Positions 9,624-18,650 of a DNA stretch of 64,000 nt are shown here, piece after piece. The DNA is taken from positions 1,044 to 65,043 of the forward strand of contig JAERST010000011.1 in assembly GCA_016845365.1 (NCBI GenBank). The letters are read 5' to 3'. The notes under the pieces were generated by a model that did no database searches, was not told where the DNA came from, and worked only from the letters and a program-made list of their open reading frames with translations. A program made the position numbers and the translations under genes. Position 1 is the stretch's first letter; the number at the start of each line of letters is the position of its first letter. Source of the stretch: Methanobacteriota archaeon. GTDB lineage: Archaea; Thermoplasmatota; Poseidoniia; Poseidoniales; Thalassarchaeaceae.

Positions 9624-10700
9624 TCACTCAGAATAATCGTTCCGTCGCGAAATAATCACAGCGGCTAACGCCACTGACAGAATTGAAAATGGAACTGAAA
9701 AAGGACTGGATAGATTAACCGTAACGCCAGAGCTTTGGTTCGAGGGGTCAAAATTCAATTCGGGCAGAACACCCTCCCAAGTCGGACAATTATCGCGATA
9801 ATATTCACCATACGAATTCCATCCTTGCTCGACCCCTAGGTTAATCCTCAGTTCTGTTCTAAGTTCGATATCATAGTCGTCATTTTCTTTGATATCCCAG
9901 GATGCTGTGAAGGTCATCGAAACAGTTTCTCCAGCTCTGATTTCCAACTCTGAATCATAATCCAATTCCACTTTGCCAAATGTGGATTCACGGTGCTCAA
10001 CAAATTCTTGCCGTTGAAGGTCATATATTCTAAGATAATAATCAAAGGTAACCCAGCTCCATGCAGTGCCCTCAAAATTTCCATCTGCCGTGATTTTAAC
10101 AGTAATTTCTGATGAGTCTTTTTTGTCGCAACCAGTACGTGTAGAATGATAATCATATGCAGATTCTGGAGTCGCTTCGTGCTCAAATGTGACCTGAATC
10201 CAAGGCATGATAATCACATCGACGTCCTCTTCGACTGGCTGGCAATTATCGCAAGGGACCACTAATGAGTAAGTTTTCACCTCTGCCGTAGTATGGAAAT
10301 TCTCAACACCTTCCGGCGTTTTAGAATCTGCAGAGATTTGGAAACAAAATGAGACGGCGGAATTACCACCAACGTAGATTTCGTCGCCGATTTCGTTTTC
10401 CATGCAATAACCCCAGTCCGAGACTTCCAAAGGTCCTTCGACCTGATGAGGCCAGTCTTTGGTAATCTCAACAGTGACATCATGGGCATTGTTATTCCCT
10501 ACGGTGCAAACAAATGTTTGACTGGAGTAAGACCATTCAACGTACAACCAAACCGTGCTATCACAATTGTAGTCCACTTCGGGTTCGTACGGAATTTGAG
10601 CTGATACCATTGAAGTCGGAGCCATACTTAGGAAAAATAGCACACAAAGAGAAATTGCAATCGCCCTGTAATTTTGTTGATTTACCATTAGGAACACCAC
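9624..10700 (-). CDS. Secreted Cys-containing protein with an N-terminal signal and a C-terminal membrane anchor
   Basis: N-terminus AIAISLCVLFFLSMAPTSMVSAQ. C-terminus SSPFSVPFSILSVALAAVIISRRNDYSE (short motif, hydrophobic helix, RR). Low-GC coding sequence. No family recognised. Confidence 0.6.
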   Translation of the reverse strand: MVFLMVNQQNYRAIAISLCVLFFLSMAPTSMVSAQIPYEPEVDYNCDSTVWLYVEWSYSSQTFVCTVGNNNAHDVTVEITKDWPHQVEGPLEVSDWGYCMENEIGDEIYVGGNSAVSFCFQISADSKTPEGVENFHTTAEVKTYSLVVPCDNCQPVEEDVDVIIMPWIQVTFEHEATPESAYDYHSTRTGCDKKDSSEITVKITADGNFEGTAWSWVTFDYYLRIYDLQRQEFVEHRESTFGKVELDYDSELEIRAGETVSMTFTASWDIKENDDYDIELRTELRINLGVEQGWNSYGEYYRDNCPTWEGVLPELNFDPSNQSSGVTVNLSSPFSVPFSILSVALAAVIISRRNDYSE

Positions 10701-10717
10701 TTTTTCATTGGAAAATT

Positions 10718-11542
10718 TCAGTCGAGGTCTGCCACACCAGGGCCACCTCGAGTGATGAAAATCCCTCCGTCGGGATTGACCACTTCTTGATTAAACGCGT
10801 TCTGTTCCCAGATTGGTTTTTTGCTATACGGAATCCGCATAATGATGCTGTATTCCCTCGCCTTCTCAACCGCGGGTTCGGCTTTTTTCGAGTAGGGAAA
10901 GCTGTCTAAGAAAAGTAAAATTCGAGATTCTTTGTCAGTATTCTGATCCCAAAGAACCACCTGTGTGTACCCTGCACTAACCGCACCATCGCTCGGTGGA
11001 TCGGAAATCACCTTGATTTCGTCCGAATCCGCCAAGTAGAATTCCCGAATTAATTCAGGAGCATATTCCTCATCCTCTTCGACATCTCGACAATGTTCGA
11101 TTAACGCCAGAAATTTGTTATTCTTATCATACCAGAATTTGTGAGTAACGTCTTCTAACGGTTCGGGATTGATAATCGTATCAAGTCCACCAATGACCAT
11201 CGGGCCTCCAAACATGAAAAATGGAATGCTGAATATTAAGAAACACGGGAGGGCAATAATCGCTCCACCGACTAAGGCCATCACAAGAACAGTAATTACG
11301 ATTCCACAAAAAACCGTCCCGAAAATCAACATAAAGAGAGATTGACCCCACATCCGGCCGCCTCGAGTAAACTCATTTTCTCTGAGCAGAACGACTCCGG
11401 AAGGAACTGGACTGTGTTCGAGAACATCCATCAATTTCTCACCGCGACCGTCGTTAGGGCGGCGCTTGGTGAATTGTCTGCTCGCCGCCGCATCGGGGCG
11501 AGACTCAAAATCGCCAGCATTCACTCTATTCAATAAGCCCAA
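10718..11542 (-). CDS. Two-TM membrane protein with a C-terminal soluble domain, unknown function
   Basis: 274 aa. Hydrophobic block SLFMLIFGTVFCGIVITVLVMALVGGAIIALPCFLIFSIPFFMFGGPMVIGG. Gaps to the flanking same-strand genes are 15-17 nt. Confidence 0.6.
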   Translation of the reverse strand: MGLLNRVNAGDFESRPDAAASRQFTKRRPNDGRGEKLMDVLEHSPVPSGVVLLRENEFTRGGRMWGQSLFMLIFGTVFCGIVITVLVMALVGGAIIALPCFLIFSIPFFMFGGPMVIGGLDTIINPEPLEDVTHKFWYDKNNKFLALIEHCRDVEEDEEYAPELIREFYLADSDEIKVISDPPSDGAVSAGYTQVVLWDQNTDKESRILLFLDSFPYSKKAEPAVEKAREYSIIMRIPYSKKPIWEQNAFNQEVVNPDGGIFITRGGPGVADLD

Positions 11543-11557
11543 TTAATCACCTCAGAT

Positions 11558-11758
11558 TCACTCGCGGCGGCTTTCAGAAAGCGCTTTTTTCAACAAAAAT
11601 TCGATATGAGCATTCAACGAACGGAATTCATCATCAGCCCAGAGTTTCAATCCGCGATGAGTATCTGGGTCGATTCTCAAGAGGAATTTTTTCTTGTCCA
11701 CCGAACTCCTCCTGGGCATTCCACCTCTTGCTCCCCCGTCATGACTTGCCGTACTCAT
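11558..11758 (-). CDS. Arc/MetJ-type ribbon-helix-helix DNA-binding protein
   Basis: KKKFLLRIDPDTHRGLKLWADDEFRSLNAHIEFLLKKAL fits beta strand, helix, helix of Arc-like RHH proteins. Its start overlaps the SPFH gene stop by 4 nt. Confidence 0.65.
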   Translation of the reverse strand: MSTASHDGGARGGMPRRSSVDKKKFLLRIDPDTHRGLKLWADDEFRSLNAHIEFLLKKALSESRRE

Positions 11759-12657
11759 TGATACAACGTCCCTGTGTTAACGACCGGTGTGGTGTCGGTT
11801 TCTGAACAGAGCACGACTAGCAAATTGCTGACCATTGTTGCCTTCTTGTCTTCGTCCAACTCGATAATGTCCTTGGCGCTCAATTGCTCCAACGCAAGTT
11901 CCACCATGCCTACTGCTCCGTCGACGATTTCGCGGCGCGCCGCCACGACTGCACTGGCTTGTTGGCGGCGCAACATTGCTTGGGCGATTTCAGTCGAATA
12001 GGCGAGGTAGGAGATGCGCGCTTCGAGTACCTCGATTCCTGCGCGGAGGAGGCGTTCTTCGACGGAGGCTTGCAGCTCCTCCGCGATCACATCTTGATGG
12101 CTCGAGAGCGTGATGCCGCCGATGTCTTTCTGCTCGATGGCATCGTAAGGATACTTTGTCGCCATCTCACGCAAGGCGGCTTCACTCTGAATCTGAACGT
12201 AGTGTTTGTAATTCTCGACTTCGAAGAGGGCTTCTGCGACGTCGTAAACTCGCCAAACCACGACTGCAGCAATATCGATTGGATTGGCGTTGACATCATT
12301 GACCTTCAAGCGATTCGATTCGAAGTTATTGATGCGAAGGGATACGCGGCTCTTGTGGTAGAGTGGGTTGAGGAAAAAGCGGAAGCCTTCCTGTTTGAGT
12401 GTGGCGACGTATTTTCCGAAGAATTGCACTGCGACTGCTTCGTTGGGGTTGACGATGACGTAACTCTTCCAGAAAAGTAGCCAAATCGGCCCGGTGATGA
12501 GCAATAGGATGGCGATTGCAGAATTGCTGACGAGGAGAATGAGGTTGAAGAAGCCGAGAGCGATGTGCAGGGCTAATCCGGGGAATCCGTTGATCGTCTG
12601 AGCCTCGATATCGTGGTAGACTGGTTCGTTCTTCGGGGCACGCATTTGCTCACTCAT
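11755..12657 (-). CDS. SPFH/Band 7 (stomatin/prohibitin-like) membrane protein
   Basis: N-terminal hydrophobic hairpin, then VIVNPNEAVAVQFFGKY...VNDVNANPIDIAAVVVWRVYDVAEALFEVENY...QSEAALREMATKYPYD, followed by a coiled-coil region typical of SPFH. Confidence 0.85.
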   Translation of the reverse strand: MSEQMRAPKNEPVYHDIEAQTINGFPGLALHIALGFFNLILLVSNSAIAILLLITGPIWLLFWKSYVIVNPNEAVAVQFFGKYVATLKQEGFRFFLNPLYHKSRVSLRINNFESNRLKVNDVNANPIDIAAVVVWRVYDVAEALFEVENYKHYVQIQSEAALREMATKYPYDAIEQKDIGGITLSSHQDVIAEELQASVEERLLRAGIEVLEARISYLAYSTEIAQAMLRRQQASAVVAARREIVDGAVGMVELALEQLSAKDIIELDEDKKATMVSNLLVVLCSETDTTPVVNTGTLYQ

Positions 12658-12683
12658 GGAGTGTGGTTAGTAGGGGAGTTATT

Positions 12684-12705
12684 CAATATATCGTTATGAT
12701 ATCAT
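12684..12705 (-). promoter_or_regulatory. Candidate archaeal promoter for the SPFH operon: TATA-like box plus a 10-bp palindrome
   Basis: The minus strand reads ATATATTG (12684-12691), centred about 31 nt upstream of the ATG at 12657. The perfect palindrome ATGATATCAT lies at 12696-12705, immediately upstream (BRE or operator position). Confidence 0.35.
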
Positions 12706-12918
12706 TTTGATTTCGACAAACATGAATGTTCGACGAGTTTGCTAGGGTAATTTCAAGCGCGGAATCGCAAACTTACCGAAGAGGCTCTACGGACTTAGAT
12801 CGCACCATTCGGTATTAACTTCGCCCCGGCATTGCGAATTTTGGCTCAAGCCGGGTGAGTATTTTCACATTGCCCGCGTGCTCTGCGTGCTCGGCGAGAG
12901 GTTCGCAGAGTGATGCGG

Positions 12919-15798
12919 TCAGAGTCCCAAGAGTTCGCGGGCTGCATCGAGGGCGGCGGGGATTCCATCGGGATTTGACCCGCCGCCTTGCGCCATCGTC
13001 GGGCGGCCTCCGCCGCCACCATTGATGTGGCCGGCGATGGCGCGAAGAATTTCTGTTGCATCGTGTTTTTCGGCGGCAAGACTGCCTTCTGTACTTGCGA
13101 CGATCAGTTTGCCGCCGCCATCGCGCGTACCCAAAACAGCGAGAGTGGGTTTTGCAGGGTCGCGCGTCAATTGACCAAGCATCGTCATCAGCGCTTTCAT
13201 ATCGCCTCCAACCTCCATCACCGCGTAGCGGATTCCTTCTTTTTCGACTGCGCCATCGCCACCGCCACTGGTGCGCAGTCGCACGATTTCAGCCTCCAAT
13301 GACTCAATCTTCTTCTGCTGAGATTTCCACTCATCAAAGAAGCGAGCAACCGTTGCGGGAAGGTCTTCAGGAGCCACCCCAAGGACCTCGCTCGATTCGC
13401 TGAGAAGACGCTCTTGCGCCCGGGCGTGTTCGCGTGCGGTCTCGCCTGCCACGATTTGCAGACGCTCGACCCCGTCTTGGACTTGACTCGACCGGATGAT
13501 GCGTAACTCCCCAACTGCACCGGCACTATCGTGATGCGTTCCACCACATGCTTGGACGTCGTGCTCGCCGATTTTTATTACGCGAATTTCGCTGTGCTTG
13601 GGCGGTCCGCCCTGGTAAAGCTCGAAGCCGAAGCGTGCGTCGGCTTCGGCGCGTTTGAGGGTGATTTTCTCGACTGTTGGGTTCGCTGCGATTATCTCGT
13701 TTGCGTGGTCTTCGATTTGGTCGAGGTTTTCGCGGGTTAGACGCGAGTGATGAGTTAGGTCGATTCTCGCGTAGCGCTCGCCCTTGTTTGAGCCGGCTTG
13801 CCAGATGTGTGGTCCGAGGAGGGCTCGCGCGCTGCCGCCGACGAGGTGAACTGCTGTGTGGTGGTCCATTAGTTGGCGTCGGCGGCCCCAGTCGACTTGT
13901 CCTGTTGTTGGGCCCGTAGGGAGTGCTCCGTTCGTTAGGTGGAAGATTACGCCGTTTTCGATGCGTGTGTCGGCTACTATTGCTGGGCCGAGTGTGCCTT
14001 GGTCGCCGAGTTGACCTCCTCCTTCTGGGTAGAATAGCGTGCGGTCGAGGACTACTGCATGGCTTGGCCTGGTGCTGACTTCACCTGAGAGGTTGAGGGT
14101 GGCTAACTGGGCCTCGGAAAGTTCGCTGCATCCGAGGACATTTGCGCTGAACTCGGTCTTGCTTGTGTCCGCGTAGTAATCTCGCGCGGTTGCTGGGAAG
14201 CCTGTTGGGAAAACCGCGCCCTTGGCCTTGCCTTTGGCTGCCGCCTTGGTACGCTCGGCGTTTCGCGCGGCCATATCTGCTGCGAATCCCACGCGCACGG
14301 ACAAATTCTGCCAGCCGAGCCCGTGAGCGATCGAGATGACCATGTCTGGGTTGAGGCCTCGTTCTTCGGCGAGGCGGAATAGAGTTTCATCGGGGGCTTC
14401 GGCAGCATCTTTGGGAACTTCGCGCAGAGCGGTTCGCACCGCCGCCTCGCCCTTGCGGAGCATCTCGTGGTAGCGCGCTTCTTCGAGAGCGAGAATAGTC
14501 GTGATTCCCTCTCGCGACTGGACAAATCCAGCCATATCGAGGTGTGTGTCCATGTGGTGCTCGCCGAGTTGGGCAAGGCTCACATCGATGCCCAATTCGC
14601 CCTTCATTCGGCAAACGCGGCGAGCCATCATGCGAGCAAGATATCCAGCCTTGGCATTGCTCGGCACCAATCCATCACCCAACATATTGCAAATCGCGTG
14701 CATGTGATCTGGGATTCCATAAATTGAGGATAGCGGCTCAGTCACGCGTTTGAGGTCGGCCACAGAAATCTTGACACCGCCATCAGCCAGTCGCTCGACG
14801 AGCCGCTGATAGAGAGAACCAACATCGGTGCCGACGTCGATATTGAGAATTCCAGCAAGTTGCGATAATTCAGACAGCAGAGCATCAGTATCGACGCCGA
14901 GTCCCAGTCCTGCGACCATCTCATCGAAGCCAGCAAGCCCCTTCAGCCACTCGACCGACTCAGGATAAATCGCCTCGTAAATCGTCGGAGTACCAGCCGC
15001 AGCCCAGCAAAACCGCTCGAGCCCGTAGCCGGTATCGATGATTTGCAGAGGCATCTCGCGGTAGCGCAGACCCTTGATTTCGATGTCTCCTTCCTCATGC
15101 TCCTCAAGGTTCATGAAAACCAGAGTCGCAAGTTCGAGCCCGCCGACAATTACCTCAAGCGCGGGCCCGGCATTACCTCCGCCAGACCATGGATTTTCGA
15201 TGTAGGTGATTTCCTCGGGGGTGATGCCGAAGGTGTTGACCAGCATATCGTCGCAGTAGCGAACGCATTGGTCGATCCAGTAGATTACCTCGCCGTCCTG
15301 AGGGCGGTTGAAAGCGTGGTGAGCCATCATCTCGAAGGTCGTCAAGTGACGCCCAGAACGCCCCACTGCGGCCACATCGGTCAAGCGAATGCAAGGTTGG
15401 CTAATCCCCAAAGGGTTCGCCGGGGGAGGCACCGTCCCATTCGTCACATGTGGTTGGAAGTCAGCGATGGATGCGATTGTTAGATGGATATCATCGCGCC
15501 ATCTTGCGAGCACGGGGTAAGGAGCAACACGCGCGTGACCCCGCTGCTCGAAATAGCCGAGGAAAGCATCGCGCATGGCGTCTTTCAGCGGCTTTCCTCG
15601 CATCTCAAATCCACCGATAATCGGGTTCCCGATGAAAGTGTATGAATCCTCAACCGTATCCCCAGAGGTCGTACGCGCAGGGTCGCGTGACCAGAAGCGC
15701 AGGCCTGTGACCGTGCAGATTCGAACCTCGTGACCCGACTCTTCCCAGAAGGGGATATTGGTCTGGCCGAACGGAATCTTCGCTTCTTCGCCGGACAT
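12919..15798 (-). CDS. alaS: Alanyl-tRNA synthetase, archaeal type
   Basis: 959 aa. Archaeal N-terminus (FWSRDP...TFIGNP), editing-domain metal motifs (HHTAVHL; CGGTHH) and a C-terminal DHHA1-like end (GGGGGRPTMAQGGG). Confidence 0.95.
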   Translation of the reverse strand: MSGEEAKIPFGQTNIPFWEESGHEVRICTVTGLRFWSRDPARTTSGDTVEDSYTFIGNPIIGGFEMRGKPLKDAMRDAFLGYFEQRGHARVAPYPVLARWRDDIHLTIASIADFQPHVTNGTVPPPANPLGISQPCIRLTDVAAVGRSGRHLTTFEMMAHHAFNRPQDGEVIYWIDQCVRYCDDMLVNTFGITPEEITYIENPWSGGGNAGPALEVIVGGLELATLVFMNLEEHEEGDIEIKGLRYREMPLQIIDTGYGLERFCWAAAGTPTIYEAIYPESVEWLKGLAGFDEMVAGLGLGVDTDALLSELSQLAGILNIDVGTDVGSLYQRLVERLADGGVKISVADLKRVTEPLSSIYGIPDHMHAICNMLGDGLVPSNAKAGYLARMMARRVCRMKGELGIDVSLAQLGEHHMDTHLDMAGFVQSREGITTILALEEARYHEMLRKGEAAVRTALREVPKDAAEAPDETLFRLAEERGLNPDMVISIAHGLGWQNLSVRVGFAADMAARNAERTKAAAKGKAKGAVFPTGFPATARDYYADTSKTEFSANVLGCSELSEAQLATLNLSGEVSTRPSHAVVLDRTLFYPEGGGQLGDQGTLGPAIVADTRIENGVIFHLTNGALPTGPTTGQVDWGRRRQLMDHHTAVHLVGGSARALLGPHIWQAGSNKGERYARIDLTHHSRLTRENLDQIEDHANEIIAANPTVEKITLKRAEADARFGFELYQGGPPKHSEIRVIKIGEHDVQACGGTHHDSAGAVGELRIIRSSQVQDGVERLQIVAGETAREHARAQERLLSESSEVLGVAPEDLPATVARFFDEWKSQQKKIESLEAEIVRLRTSGGGDGAVEKEGIRYAVMEVGGDMKALMTMLGQLTRDPAKPTLAVLGTRDGGGKLIVASTEGSLAAEKHDATEILRAIAGHINGGGGGRPTMAQGGGSNPDGIPAALDAARELLGL

Positions 15799-15900
15799 TG
15801 CTCAACCCCCTACGCCCGCGCCATCGGCTGGTCCGTCTTGAAAGCGATTGTTGTCGAGCCTGTGCGTGGTGTTGAAAACCGGCGAGCATCACGAAGTGCC

Positions 15901-17373
15901 ATGACTGCTGAGTGGAGGAAATACCTCGAACCGGCAGGACCGGGGAGAATGCGCATCGGGAAGCATGGTTCGATGCTGACCGATGCGCTGCTGATTGCTG
16001 ATGCGGAGCACTTGGCAGGGCACAGCGACGACCGCTCGCCCGAGCAATTGTGCAATACTGCAGGAATGCCGGGGATTGTCGGTGAAGCTTGGGCGATGGC
16101 CGATTGGCACTTTGGGTACGGATTTCCGATTGGTGGTGTTGTTGCCACCGAGCTGAATGCTGGTGAACTCGGTGGGGCGATATCGCCGGGTGGAGTTGGA
16201 TTCGACATCAATTGCGGAGTTCGGCTTTGTGCGCTTGATGTCGAGGTTGGCGATATCGATGCGAAGGCGCTGGCCGGTGCATTAGCGCGTGAGATTCCGG
16301 CCGGCGCTTCGAGCAAAGGTGGTGTTATTCTTGATGATACGAGCATGGCCGCCGTCTTGTCGGAGGGTGCTTCGGCGGCTGTCGAGATGGGATGGGGCGA
16401 GGCGCAAGACCTCGCCGCCATCGAATCGAATGGTTTGCTCGATAGTGAGGAGCGGAATGTTGGTGAGCGTGCCCAAAAAAGGGGCATGAAAGCCTTAGGC
16501 ACGCTTGGCAGCGGCAATCATTTCCTCGAATTACAAGTTGTTGACAGAGTCGAGGATGGTACTGCCGCTGCAGCTTACGGTTTGCGCGAAGGGCAAGTTA
16601 CAGCGATGATTCACACCGGCTCGCGCGGCCTTGGACACCAAGTCTGCAGCGAGCATGTCGCGGCCATCGAAAGCAAATACTCCCGAAACGGAGACCATTG
16701 GGTCGCGCCTCAATGGGATTACACATTGCGCGACCGTCAACTCGCAGCCGCGCCCATCTTCAGCCGAGAAGGAGCAGCATATCTCGATGCAATGCGCGCG
16801 GCTGGAAATTACGCCTTCGCCAACCGCTCAGCCCTCACCCAACGACTTCGAAACATTCTGCGTACTCACCTAGGTCGCGATGGCGGCCTCGAAGTCGTCT
16901 ACGATGTGAGCCATAACATCGCCAAGGTCGAGGAACACATCGTCCACGGTAAATCCTGCAAATGCTGCGTCCACCGCAAGGGTGCGACGCGAGCCCTCGG
17001 CGGAGATCACCCCGAACTCGCTAGCCGATTCTCCGCCGTCGGACAACCAGTTCTCGTCCCCGGCGATATGGGAACAGCCTCATGGGTCCTCGCCGGACCG
17101 AAATCCGGCGGCAACGACGCCTTCTCCTCATCATGCCACGGCGCCGGCCGCCGCCTCTCACGCACAGCCGCCCGCAAACAAATCGACTCTGCCGAACTCA
17201 AACAACGGCTCGAAGCATCCGGCGTCCACGTGCGAGCAAAAACTCCCAACGTCCTCGCCGAAGAAGCTCCAGACGCCTACAAGGATGTGGACGAGGTCAT
17301 CGCCCTAACCGCATCAGCCAACCTCGCACGACCAGTCGCACGCTTACGTCCATTCGCCGTAATCAAAGGCTGA
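15901..17373 (+). CDS. rtcB: RtcB RNA 3'-phosphate ligase (tRNA-splicing ligase)
   Basis: GFDINCGVR, GSGNHFLE, HTGSRGLGHQV, CHGAGR. I place the start at ATG 15901 (MTAEWRK...). The longer ORF-track start at 15730 would overlap alaS. Confidence 0.93.
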   Translation: MTAEWRKYLEPAGPGRMRIGKHGSMLTDALLIADAEHLAGHSDDRSPEQLCNTAGMPGIVGEAWAMADWHFGYGFPIGGVVATELNAGELGGAISPGGVGFDINCGVRLCALDVEVGDIDAKALAGALAREIPAGASSKGGVILDDTSMAAVLSEGASAAVEMGWGEAQDLAAIESNGLLDSEERNVGERAQKRGMKALGTLGSGNHFLELQVVDRVEDGTAAAAYGLREGQVTAMIHTGSRGLGHQVCSEHVAAIESKYSRNGDHWVAPQWDYTLRDRQLAAAPIFSREGAAYLDAMRAAGNYAFANRSALTQRLRNILRTHLGRDGGLEVVYDVSHNIAKVEEHIVHGKSCKCCVHRKGATRALGGDHPELASRFSAVGQPVLVPGDMGTASWVLAGPKSGGNDAFSSSCHGAGRRLSRTAARKQIDSAELKQRLEASGVHVRAKTPNVLAEEAPDAYKDVDEVIALTASANLARPVARLRPFAVIKG

Positions 17374-17398
17374 AGTAGCCGAACAGAGAGCGCCGCAC

Positions 17399-17893
17399 TC
17401 ATTGCCGAGCACGATACTCGATATCGATGACATCGCCATCCTTCATGACGTAATTCTCGTATTCATCGTTGAGAACACCATTGACAAACATCACGACCTC
17501 ATTGTCTTCGTTAGCCACCTTGTTGAGGATGTGCGTCTCATCGAATTCCTCACCCCAAACCACGAAGAATGCCCCGACAGGCGCATCCATCGAACCAGGA
17601 GTCTCGATGTGGATTCGGCCTGAATCATCGTGTGTGTGAACTCCACGCATTCCGTCAGGGCAACCCTCGTCCTGAATGCCAATATTGGTAGGTATAGCAA
17701 TTTGATTGCCATCGAGAGTTACTGAGATCGTTGCGTGGATGTGCGAAATGCCGCCACCGTGGTCAGCAAGACAAACATCGAGGATATCCCAATCTGCCAC
17801 GCCATCGGTCGAATCAGCGTCCAGAAGGACATATCCTGCCAATCCAAGCGTCAAAACCAGCCCCACTGCCATCAAGGTCTGAACTTCGTCCAT
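17399..17893 (-). CDS. Small secreted or anchored protein with His-rich motifs (HIHATIS...GVHTHDDSGRIHIE), unknown function
   Basis: N-terminal hydrophobic helix (LMAVGLVLTLGLAGYVLL). The HxH...HTHDxxGxIHxE...FFVVWG pattern recurs in uncharacterised secreted proteins as far as I recall. No named family. Confidence 0.5.
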   Translation of the reverse strand: MDEVQTLMAVGLVLTLGLAGYVLLDADSTDGVADWDILDVCLADHGGGISHIHATISVTLDGNQIAIPTNIGIQDEGCPDGMRGVHTHDDSGRIHIETPGSMDAPVGAFFVVWGEEFDETHILNKVANEDNEVVMFVNGVLNDEYENYVMKDGDVIDIEYRARQ

Positions 17894-17942
17894 CGTTCAC
17901 TCCGACCGGTCAAGCGATAATGAATGATATCCCGCACGGGTC

Positions 17943-18572
17943 ATGGTTGAAGCGGGTGCAAGCCCCGAATGGTGGGCCACCGCCAAACAATGCCTCTCGG
18001 CCGCCGACCCAACCCTCGCTCGGGTAATCGAAGAACGGGAAGAGCCCTCGCTCACCTCACGCGGTGACCTCTTTGCCACGCTCGTCAAATCGATTGTGGG
18101 TCAGCAAATTTCTACCAAAGCAGCCGCCACCGTCTGGGGGCGGCTGTGCGACCTTGTCGGGCCAGTGACCGACGAGTCGATCCTCGCGCGTACGCATGAG
18201 GAATTGCGCTCTGTTGGCCTGTCTAATCGCAAAGCCGAGTATGTCGCGGGAATTGCAGAGGCTTGGCGAGAGGGATTGAATCTGCTTGAATGGGAGTCGA
18301 TGAGCGATGAAGAGGTCGTTCAGACGCTCATCGCGCTTCGCGGGGTTGGGCGCTGGACCGCAGAGATGATTCTGATTTTCTCCCTGCTGCGCCCAGACGT
18401 ATTCCCCATCGATGACTTGGGCGTTGTGCGCGGAATGGAGAAAGTGTACAATTCGAGCGAGCCATTGAGTAAGCCCGAATTGAGAGAAATTTCAGAATCG
18501 TGGAAACCCTATCGAACCCTCGGTTCGTGGTATATGTGGCGAGCCATCGACCCTGAGCCAGTCGAGTACTAA
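17943..18572 (+). CDS. HhH-GPD DNA glycosylase (AlkA / 3-methyladenine glycosylase II-like)
   Basis: ATLVKSIVGQQISTKAA; helix-hairpin-helix LRGVGRWTAEMILIF followed by the catalytic-Asp context FPIDDLGVVRG. Confidence 0.8.
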   Translation: MVEAGASPEWWATAKQCLSAADPTLARVIEEREEPSLTSRGDLFATLVKSIVGQQISTKAAATVWGRLCDLVGPVTDESILARTHEELRSVGLSNRKAEYVAGIAEAWREGLNLLEWESMSDEEVVQTLIALRGVGRWTAEMILIFSLLRPDVFPIDDLGVVRGMEKVYNSSEPLSKPELREISESWKPYRTLGSWYMWRAIDPEPVEY

Positions 18573-18650
18573 TAGCCCAGAGCCAGTTGAATACTAATCG
18601 CCCGGAGCCAGTCGAGTACTAATCGCCCTGAGCCAATCGAGTACTAATCA
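18551..18650. repeat. Tandem repeat, 4 x 25 bp (consensus CCCnGAGCCAGTCGAGTACTAATCG)
   Basis: Copies at 18551-18575, 18576-18600, 18601-18625 and 18626-18650, with 1-4 substitutions each. Copy 1 holds the last codons plus stop of the glycosylase gene (PEPVEY*). Copy 4 holds the stop of a minus-strand small ORF. Confidence 0.9.

Noticed and set aside
15730-15900. 57-codon N-terminal extension of rtcB given by the ORF track
   Set aside because: It overlaps the alaS 5' end on the other strand and has no RtcB-like sequence. Met58 (15901) gives a normal RtcB N-terminus.
15810-16517. Long antisense or alternative-frame ORFs inside GC-rich genes (also 27334..28041, 50061..50705, 3954..4523, 14103..14576)
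   Set aside because: They are Arg/Ser/Pro/Ala-rich low-information translations. They lie opposite or overlapping genes with strong family signatures, as expected from GC-rich DNA lacking stop codons.
18551-18650. CRISPR array
   Set aside because: The repeats are directly adjacent with no spacers, there are only four copies, the first is part of a coding sequence, and no cas genes are in the window.
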